DNA of 32,182 nucleotides from Octopus bimaculoides (taxonomy: Eukaryota): the NCBI RefSeq assembly GCF_001194135.2, contig NC_069002.1, positions 20,356,033-20,388,214 of the forward strand, read 5' to 3'. Positions within the stretch are counted from its first letter, which is position 1. Every line of letters starts with the position of its first letter. The notes beneath the pieces are model-generated. The model searched no databases, was not told the origin of the DNA, and was given only the letters and a program-made list of their open reading frames with translations. Both the position numbers and the translations under genes were made by a program. This document shows, one piece after another, positions 22,546 through 32,182 of the stretch.

Positions 22546-25500
22546 ATGTTGATTGTGATGTACTTCAAAGAAAATAGATACATAATACAAAGGTCGATGA
22601 CAGTAGAGCGAACATTAAACAAAACATCAATCAATCATCTTGATAACAGTTGGACTGTATTGACAATATCTGGCTGTAAGAGAGGAAATGTGTGCTGTTG
22701 CAGATGTGTAATCGTTTACAAGAAGGAAATCATTTAGAGCTTAATTGAAACACCACAGGCGCAGGTGTTCAGTATGAACAACCTCTTGCTATAAAACTGA
22801 AAATAGATATACCATAAGCATACTGAAGAGATTAATCAGTTGAAGAATGCGATGAAACCTACGGTAGGTTGAGTTTCTCAGATCGAACAACATCCACCAA
22901 GATATCCGTGGTTCGTTTCTTGTCAACATCAGCGTCTTTCATCGGGGTTTAACTTAAGACTAAGCTGTGAGTATTAGCAAGGTAATTCAAATTAAATTCG
23001 TCAAAATATTCATAAATTTACGGGTACATTTTACTTAAAATCAGGTGGGGCTACGAAACTGCAATAATTATAGTATACGGTTTTTCAGACTTCACACTGA
23101 TTATAAAACACTGGAATAATTAGCAATTTTGAAAATAACACTAAATATGTATTTCATTAACTAAAATTTTAAAAATACAACTATTTATATCTGTATACTT
23201 ATTATCAATCTATGTTTTCTGTAGCAATATTACTGTTTAGTTATCAATTAATACTCAATGAAACTTCAGATTTTAACGAAGCGGCAAAAATGTGTTCCCA
23301 GGAATACACGGCATTTGCCATGTAATAAAATCTAATTCTAATACAGCATCGGGATAAATAAATCAAATAAGATTAGAGTTTTATTCCTTCGCAGAAGAGC
23401 ATAGAGCGGGAAAGAGAGGAAATGATGGAAAGAAATATTCTCAGTCCCTCGCAGTTGAGATACTGTACAACTGGCAGATGTTTCTCGTCAAATGACTTTT
23501 CGAAAGGTACTTCGCTCAATAAAGTCGATTTCGCTTGGTTCGATTGTAAAGCATTTTGTTATTTATTTGATTCCGTGTTTTAGAATATATATATATATAT
23601 GTGTATGTATACACAAACATATGTGTGCGTTTGTGTGCATGTATGTGCGCGCGCGTGTGTGTGTATGTGTGCGTGTGTGTGTGTATAATTAAAATTATTT
23701 ATTATAGATGTAGTTTGAAGCAGTCCAGCATGTAGAGAAAGGCCGTTTAATGTACACGTACGTGTACATGTAGTTAAAAGCAGTTCATTTACCCTAGTAC
23801 ACTGGACGCTAAAAAGGTGAGCCAATTAAAACTCTTGAAATTTATTTACAATTCTTGCTGGTATAAGCAAGGATGAAAACTGAAATTTAACATCTTTGAA
23901 GAGGAAATTGAAATATGGAACTTTAGATGCATTGATAAATGAGAATATAGGACAGTCGTATAAGACTAGATCAATGAGTCTTGTGACAACAAACCCTTCT
24001 AATGGTTTCGGGCGGTTATTATGTTTGTATGACATTCTTACTTCATGGTAATATAGTCCATGACTGAGAGCATAACAGTAGAAAATCGTTTCTTATAAAC
24101 GGTTGCTATGTGTTTCAGTGGATCCGAATTGTACATGAAAATATTACTGGTTGGATGTGTCACATATTACCTTTCGAGTCAGATAAAATGTCACTACGGC
24201 TGTTCTTTCTTAGCTGAGTATAAGTCGAACATTGCAGACAAGTGTTTAGAAAGAGACACTAATTATCATCCTGTTGACTCTTAAAACATCCACCTGGATT
24301 CATTCTGTGAATTATTTTTGAGAGTTTGCATTGAGAACATTTCGACTGAGTAACTGAACTGCCTGAAGCCGGTATAATGTCAATGATTTATTCATTTGCC
24401 AAAGTATAAATTTGTATAGAAATATATTAAAGACTACACCTACTCAAGTGCAGACCCGAAATGTATGCGTAATAGCACTGGGAATATATTAAACAACATG
24501 ATTAATTCAATGAGCAAAACAATAGTAACAATTTTTACTAACGATGATGCTGTTTCTTCCACTAACCTGACACTACTAAATTTAAATAGAAATGAACCAA
24601 AAATTCATAAATTCGTTTCAGTTAATTGATTTTTCGACGCATTTAACGAGAAGGATATAGGAAAATGTCAATAAATGATGAAAGTGAGTGGCACCGAAAC
24701 AAGATGTGTGCAATACTAATGTATTTATAAATAGCATTCTAATGTTACTGTTTTTAATAGAAAAACGAGCTTAAATATGAATTGAAGAGAAAAATAATGT
24801 ATTTACAAAAATAAAAAAAAAATCGAGCATTGTAGTTTATTAGTTTATAGAACATCAAGAAAAAAAAAACACTTGAAGTTTTAAAAGTCTTCTGAACAAG
24901 GAGTATCATCGATTATTTTTACTTATTAAAAGAAAAACCTTCGGCTTTTCCTTCTAGTTTTTATTTTAAATATGATACGGTTGTTAGAAAAATACAACCA
25001 GATATGTATTCGACGGCATAAATATCACAGTATATAATCTATTCTTTACTTAATCCATCTACATTACACAAACACACATAGACGCGTGCACAGACACACA
25101 TATATTGTGATATATTCTTGACCGTGTTATATGTATTATTTCCTCCTTTTGAAAACGAAAATCTGTTTTGCCCAGTCTTTCCTGTTGTATTTCAAATTTG
25201 TATCATCAGCGTGACATTAATGAAGTCAATTTCGCGCGTTGGGTGGAAATCAACTTCCGAGATGTTGTTTAGTTCCAACTCATGTCTCCGAAAGGAGGGC
25301 AAGGATTGAAATGTACCATCCACTTTCTGCTTTTTTGTCTTAACACCGGCACTGTTCAAGGAAAGGGCTTATTTGCAGTACATTTATCCAGTATTTCGAG
25401 AAAAATTATCAATAAATCTTTTATAAATATTGAAATTTTCAGCATATTTAGTCCTTTATTCATTCACTATGTATCATTTTTATCACTTCAGTATGTGTAT

Positions 25501-27857
25501 AACTGAAAAAAAAAACATAGCAGAATTATATATCTATCTATCAGGATACATGTAAGTATGCATGTTTCTCTGTATGTTTATATGTATGTGTGTGTGCGTG
25601 TATGTATGTATATGTGCGTGTGTATCTTTGTATGTATGTATGTATGTATGTATGTATTTATGTTATTATTCAGCTTCATTTCAAGACTTCTTGCCAATAA
25701 CAAAACACTTTCTAAACAAGATCCAAGATTCCTATATTGGAATTTCAACAACAACGGCATCTTTGCTGGTTTTTAAAAGCCTTATTTCTCAAGACTGGTA
25801 GTTAGGCAGAGTGTAACATATCCAGAGTAACTGCAGATTTCTATATAGTTCATCGTAGGTATTCGCTTTTCTCACTGATCGTCTGCTTAGTATTAACCGC
25901 CGCTGGGCAGCAAATTTCTACAACTGTGCATAGTTTCTCTTCTCTATCCCAAATCATTTTATCAGGTCTGTTGCGCTTACAGTTTATGTATGTATGTGTG
26001 TGTATGTATGTATGTGTGTATGTATGTATGTATGTATGTATGTATGTACGTATGTACGTATGTTTGTATGTTTGTATGTATGTATGTATGCATGCATGTA
26101 TGTATACGTATATGTATTAACAAACATTTTGTAATCATATTTATCCGAAAGTACACTGTTTTTGTGTGAATTAATTTTGAAAAATGTACCAAAATAAAAA
26201 CATTATTAAGCTGGTATTTGTAATATAAATTTAAATAAAAAAATGTAGTGAAGTTATTTAAATTAGACCACTTTTAAACAGGAACTATGCATCAATGAGC
26301 CAGAGACAGTCTCCTGAGGTTCGGTATGAACAGGTTTAATTATTAGGTATCATTAGTCAGGTTCTCGAAAAATAGCAACAAAACAATTTTCACCTCATTT
26401 TTGTTCGTTTCAAATCTTCGTAAACACATTTATAGATTACATTTTAAGTGTGGTTATAGTCAGTTTATCTCACTGCGTTTTCGCATTTTTATGACAGTCG
26501 AAATTGATTTGTGAAAGATTCTGATGGTTTTGCATCGTCAAAGGAAAATATGAGCAAATGTTGGCCAAATTTTAAGCCTAAATCAGTCACTTTGAATAAA
26601 GAAGGAAAGACCACCTTCACAAATATACTTCTACGGAACAGTGTTACCGAAATATTACAGTGTAACGCGACTTGATCGCATTATATAAACACGAGATTTA
26701 GAATTTTATGACTGTTTACGTTCAGAACACTAAATCTGTATTTATCTATTTTATTTTTCCTTTCCTTTAATTAATTCTGGGATATTCGTAATGTTGCCAT
26801 TTATCGTTAAATTAAAGTAAAATTAATATTATGGGAATGAAGAATGTATAACTGTGACGTGAAACATTTTAAAGCTTTATTAATGAAGATGACGTAATGA
26901 TCAATGGCTTTAAGATCAAGAAAGCTCATTTATTGCTCGTGCCTCATTAATACCCAGCAACCGCTGTATTTGAAGTTTATTATCTTCATTTGGAGATAAT
27001 AATAGCATTTGTTCCTGTGCGTAATCGGGGTTCTTTTCAAGATTAAAAGGATGATTATATTTTCTTTTTGTTTAGTTAAATTTTTCGACTTCTGTGATAT
27101 TTGTTTTTTCATTGCATTATATTCCTTGCTTGACTTTCACGAAACATTATCGAATTATTGGTGTGTTGAAGCTGTTTTGTTAATTAAGTTCAACAACATA
27201 TGCACAACAAATCAAAGATCAGCGAGTTCAGTTCTTTATAAAGAAGTCCAACTCTTCATTGTACTTTCAATATATGTAATTCACATTTATGACATGTTTC
27301 CCCCAAAAAACCAAAAAACCTATCGTACAAACATGGATATAATGGCTACATAGATAAAATTTATAGCTCTATCAAATATCGGATGAATATATGTCGACAA
27401 CAATATTAACTTGCGTATTCATAACGACAAATATCTGGTGTGTGAATATTCAGAATCCTTACATCCATCTCGTTTCGACTGATAAAGCAACTGAGACATA
27501 AGTAGAAATTAATTTCAGTTGTCACTCATGAATATCTTCGACACACACGCGTTAGAGAGAACGTTTTGGTTAGAAGCAGAAAGCAAACATCCTTCAAACT
27601 GAAACCATCAACGTGAACATTGTATCATATATTCCTATATATCAACGGACACAACGGAAGATGCATCTTCAGTAATGGTATTTGTGCTCATCCATAGTAC
27701 TCACCTAGGTATAAAAAATGAAATCAGATAGCATACTGTATATTGTAGCACGTACAGGGGTTTCATATTTGTTCCATTGTTTCTATCAGTACAAGACTGA
27801 GGAAATCATCTGCCAGGTTGGTCAGCGTTTTCGAATTCACCGACCACTTTCCATCTT

Positions 27858-28024
27858 ATAGGACATAAAACTATTATTCATTACATTATTTAAATTATTT
27901 ACATTTGACGGATATTTGTCCACATCTTGTTTGTTGTTACCACACCGTTTCGGCTGATATACCCTCCAGGCTTCATCAAGTGTCTTGGGGTTAGTGGCCG
28001 CGCTCTTAAACACTACATCATATG
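27858..28024 (-). mobile_element. Internally deleted tRNA-head plus hammerhead-like-tail unit, inverted
   Basis: The reverse complement reads catatgatgtagtgtttaagagcgcggccactaaccccaaga (A-box-like TGATGTAGTG) running directly into cacTTGATGAAgcctg..cagccGAAACgg.. Confidence 0.7.
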
Positions 28025-28032
28025 TTCATGAA

Positions 28033-28084
28033 TAGCGCGAGCTGTTAACTCCAAGAATCCGAGTTCGATTCAAGGCAGTGACCG

Positions 28085-28135
<51 letters not shown>

Positions 28136-28150
28136 CAATAATAATAATAA
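28033..28150 (+). mobile_element. tRNA-derived SINE head (B-box) followed by (TAA)n
   Basis: agcgcgagctgttaactccaaga matches the inverted head; B-box GAGTTCGATTC 28061-28071; (TAA)n 28086-28150. Confidence 0.7.
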
Positions 28151-29417
28151 TGGTATATGGATGATCTAAAACTATACGCTACAAATAATAAACAGCTGGA
28201 AACACTACTGCATACAGTACATGTATTTACCAATGAAATTGATATGAATTTTGACTAGAAAAATGTGCCAAAGCAACCCTGAAAATAGGAAACCTAGTTT
28301 AGAGTAGCAACATCACACTAGATAAAGCCAATGAAATAAGAGAATTAGACCAAAAGAAATAGAAAATAAAGGAAGGATACTATAGACGAGTTAGATCAAT
28401 ATCTATTAACACTTTAGCCGTCCCAGTTATAAGTTACAGCTACAATATCCTTACCTAGACACTAAATGAACTAACCAAAATAGACAGGAAAACAAGAAAA
28501 ATAATGACAGGATATAGGATGCACCACCCAAAATCTGACGTAGAAAGGCTATATATACAACGCACAGAAGGTAAATACTGGGCTAAACTAAATGCAAAAG
28601 AAATAGACAGAGAAACATCCCAGCAATGGTTGAGAAGATCAGGACTCAAAGCAGAGACTGAAGGATTTTCATTTGCTGGACAACAGCAAAGCCTCCCCAC
28701 CAGAAATTACCCAAAACACATAATGAAAAGAAACATAACAAGTAACTGTAGAATATGTGGAGATGGACAAGAAACAATAAATCATATTATCTCTGGCTGT
28801 CCAGTCCTGGCTAAGAAGGAATATATTCACAGACACGACAGAGCTGGGACCTATATACACTGGAAGCTATGCCAACACTATGGAATAACAACAGAAAAAA
28901 GATGGTATAAACACACGCCAGAAAAGGTCACAGACAACGAGAAAGCAACCATATGCTGGGATATGCCAATACACTCAAATAGAGAAATTAAGCCAAATAG
29001 ACCAGATATAGTTGTCAAAGATCATGAAGAAAAAAAAATGCTTTCTAATTGATGTATCAATACCAGCAGATGACAACGTTTCTCTAAAATAAATGGAAAA
29101 ACTTTCAAAATTCAAAGACCGGGAAATAGAGATAATTCCAATGTGGAATCTAAAAACAGAAACAATTTCTATCATAGTAGGTGCCTTAGGTATACTAAAA
29201 ATATTATTCAGACAAATACATAACAAAAAAACTAAGACTTACAAATATATATAACATACAGAAAATTGCACTACTGGGTACTGCACACATTCTACCCAAA
29301 GCACTTTCAATACAGTAAACATAAGAGCACCACAGCAAACCACAGCACATACCCAAGGCGCACAGAGCTGCGCTCGGTAGTGAAGTGAAAGCACGTTATA
29401 AAAATAAAACTACTGAA
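28151..29417 (+). mobile_element. Dong/R4-clade non-LTR retrotransposon, copy 2 (5'-truncated at the RT YMDD motif, internal deletions), flanked by (TAA)n on both sides
   Basis: YMDDLKLYATNNKQLETLLHTV at 28154; colinear with copy 1; CRICGDGQETINHIISGC, PNRPDIVV; stop 29316-29318; (TAA)n at 28086-28150 and 29418-29436. Confidence 0.9.
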
Positions 29418-29997
29418 CAATAATAATAATAATAATTGTGTTTCTTTAAAACAACGTTTATGTATATGCGCTTGTGTGCGCGCATTCTATACGTACATAC
29501 ATACACACACACACACATATATATATATATACATGTATACAATTTGCACACGCATATGCACTCATACACACAGACACATATATATATATACATCGGTTTG
29601 TAGTTTATATATCCGAAATGAAGCACACTCTGAAACATTAAAGCAGTGATATAGGAAACGCTGTGTGCTGTGACCGGTCAGAGATTGACCGTAGTTTTCG
29701 CACTTATATGGCGTTTAGCTGTACACGAAATTCATGGTCAGAGGCACACAAATTCTCAACAAATGGCGAGACTAAACAGGAAAAGAAATTCTATTAACGA
29801 AACCGTGACCGAGGAAGTGTTATCCCCCTTAGATCAGTTCCACTTATGCGGAAGATGAATGCCGATGGCAGCATTTCCCCAGGAGGCAAATTACGAATTC
29901 CAAGTTTTCAACACTAACTTCCTCTGTTGAGGCCACAACATAAAGACTTCTCTGTTGGGATTAAAAATGACGTACCCTCCTCTCCCACTCTCACACA

Positions 29998-30042
<45 letters not shown>

Positions 30043-30394
30043 GTACATGAAACTGAAGATATTCGGAAAATGAATACTTACATATAAGCATGTAGATATT
30101 TCTGTATTTAAAAAATAAGACTACATGGAAGTCAAAAAAATAAGAAAACTAAGGAGAGAAGGCATAATAAATTAAGTTCGACTGGCGTTTCTGGGGAGCT
30201 AAAAATACAAAATAGGTGTAAGGTTTATAATTAACTGACGGAGTGTGCAAAAATTCAAGGATATGCAAGCTGTAGAGGATTCATATAAACATTGCCGTAA
30301 GGCAGGCATCCTTTGTCAGGGTGGAAAGTTCGGCAAAATACCACTTGACATTGTTGTGGAAAATTCTACGTATGTTGATTAAAAGTGGAGGGTA

Positions 30395-30545
30395 CGCCAT
30401 ACATAATTAAGTGGACCGCTAGTCACTACACATTCTCACTCTTTTTCTCTCCGTGTTTCTCCCCGTGTTTCTTTCTGTGTTCCTTTCTGTAGAAGAGCGT
30501 AGGCTCGAAACTTTAAAGACTTCACCTGAGCGTTATAATAACGTT
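30395..30545 (+). mobile_element. Probable PLE 3' UTR/pLTR fragment with hammerhead-like motif
   Basis: Pyrimidine-rich stretch, then CTGTAGAA-GAGC-gtag-GCTC-GAAAC-TTTAAA-GAC (30488-30520). The PLE assignment rests on recall of similar cephalopod repeats (inference). Confidence 0.45.
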
Positions 30546-30574
30546 ATAATAATATATATATATATATATATATA

Positions 30575-31078
30575 NNNNNNNNNNNNNNNNNNNNNNNNNN
30601 NNNNNNNNNNNNNNNNNNNNNNNNNNNNNNNNNNNNNNNNNNNNNNNNNNNNNNNNNNNNNNNNNNNNNNNNNNNNNNNNNNNNNNNNNNNNNNNNNNNN
30701 NNNNNNNNNNNNNNNNNNNNNNNNNNNNNNNNNNNNNNNNNNNNNNNNNNNNNNNNNNNNNNNNNNNNNNNNNNNNNNNNNNNNNNNNNNNNNNNNNNNN
30801 NNNNNNNNNNNNNNNNNNNNNNNNNNNNNNNNNNNNNNNNNNNNNNNNNNNNNNNNNNNNNNNNNNNNNNNNNNNNNNNNNNNNNNNNNNNNNNNNNNNN
30901 NNNNNNNNNNNNNNNNNNNNNNNNNNNNNNNNNNNNNNNNNNNNNNNNNNNNNNNNNNNNNNNNNNNNNNNNNNNNNNNNNNNNNNNNNNNNNNNNNNNN
31001 NNNNNNNNNNNNNNNNNNNNNNNNNNNNNNNNNNNNNNNNNNNNNNNNNNNNNNNNNNNNNNNNNNNNNNNNNNNNNN
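30575..31078. other. Assembly gap (N run)
   Basis: N bases. Confidence 1.
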
Positions 31079-31079
31079 T

Positions 31080-31295
31080 TACTCTTTTACTTGTTTCAGT
31101 CATTTGACTGTGGCCATTTGAGTGTGGCCATGCTTTTTAGTCGAGCAAATCGACCCCAGGTCTTATTCTTTGGAAGTCTGGTACTTATTCTATCGGACCC
31201 TTTTGCCCAACCGCTAAGTTACAGGGACGTAAACACCCCACCATCGGTTGTCAAGCGATGTTGGGGTGGGACAAACACACAAACATATGTACACA

Positions 31296-31345
<50 letters not shown>

Positions 31346-31445
31346 TATCTATATATACACACATATACGACGGGCTTCTTTCAGTTTCCGTCTACCAAAT
31401 CCACTCACAAGGTTATTGGTCTGTCCGAGACTATAGTAGAAGACA
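31080..31445 (-). mobile_element. SINE family B copy with internal (TA)n
   Basis: Reverse complement of 13071-13444 body. Confidence 0.85.
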
Positions 31446-32047
31446 TATATATATTAAACGTTTGTCGGGACACGGCATTTCATTATGCACCTATAATACA
31501 CTACGAAGTATATTAGACGATACTGTGTGCTAATGTGTGATCTGTGCTCTTAAATCACATGTTAAGGTCATCTCTACAGTTTTACCGCAGAAATTATAAC
31601 CACTGGTTTTGTTACGAGGATTCGTACCCGAGATGCTAAATGCAATCAAACAATGATGTCGAGGATGAAAACATGGGCAATGGGTGTATATCACCTATAC
31701 TTTGTATGAGAAACTTGTAGAGATGATCTTAACACGTGATTTAAGAGCACTGCTAACACAGTAGTATACGGTATTGGCTTAAAAAAATCGTTTAATATGT
31801 TTTGTATTATGGTTGCCTTAGGCAGTACGATGTCCGTACAATTGATTAATGTTTACGTAGCAGCTTCTGAGGAATGTGTTTAATATGTAAATTGGTAAAT
31901 CCAATAACGTTACACCGATATATTTTGTGGCTATTTAACCAAAATTGTTCGAGTATGGTTAATGTGTTTGATGTGTGCTGATGAAGGCATAGAAGCTTCA
32001 GAAATATGACATATACGTCCATTACTCATTATAAATATATATATAGG

Positions 32048-32093
<46 letters not shown>

Positions 32094-32182
32094 CATATAC
32101 AAATGGACGTATTTTTATATTACTATCAATTTCAAGCGTGTTTATCTACGCCACTGTCTCTCCCCCTCTTTCTCTGTCTCTC

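Noticed and set aside
22819-22880. CTGAAGAG...GAAAC-CTACGGTAG-GTT hammerhead-like string
   Set aside because: Stem III pairs but stems I and II do not.
23750-23769. Perfect 20-bp palindrome atgtacacgtacgtgtacat
   Set aside because: Built from alternating purine-pyrimidine microsatellite-like units, which self-complement easily.
27478-27510. CTGATAA..GAGAC..GTA hammerhead-like string
   Set aside because: Two core mismatches, 2-bp stem II, stem I out of register.
28033-28085. Functional tRNA gene
   Set aside because: 5' half deleted/decayed, no cloverleaf, followed by (TAA)n; SINE head more likely.

Overview
AT-rich (eukaryotic) intergenic or intronic DNA. I found no host protein-coding gene; most ORF-track entries are microsatellite or N-gap artefacts, or pieces of transposon ORFs. 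The repeat repertoire looks cephalopod/Octopus-like (inference from recalled repeat families; not verified). The window is a graveyard of retroelements and DNA transposons. It holds three decayed Penelope-like (PLE, Neptune-type) fragments, and three different RLE-endonuclease non-LTR retrotransposon families (HERO-like, two Dong/R4-like copies, one further R4/NeSL-like). It also holds mariner and Tc1 transposase fragments, two MITEs, several tRNA-derived SINEs, many microsatellites and three assembly gaps. Most notable: (1) two inverted copies of an apparently intact minimal hammerhead ribozyme with a 61-nt stem II, in a PLE pseudo-LTR (7439-7535 minus, 8153-8249 plus). (2) A tRNA-headed SINE-like unit built as head-(TAA)n-hammerhead-like tail, present head-to-head, whose internal (TAA)n appears to be the landing site of Dong LINEs. 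(3) A GG-terminated MITE with an 8-bp TSD carrying TTAGGG repeats inside a PLE RT gene. (4) An unclassified ~1-kb insert with a putative 16-bp TSD splitting a SINE.
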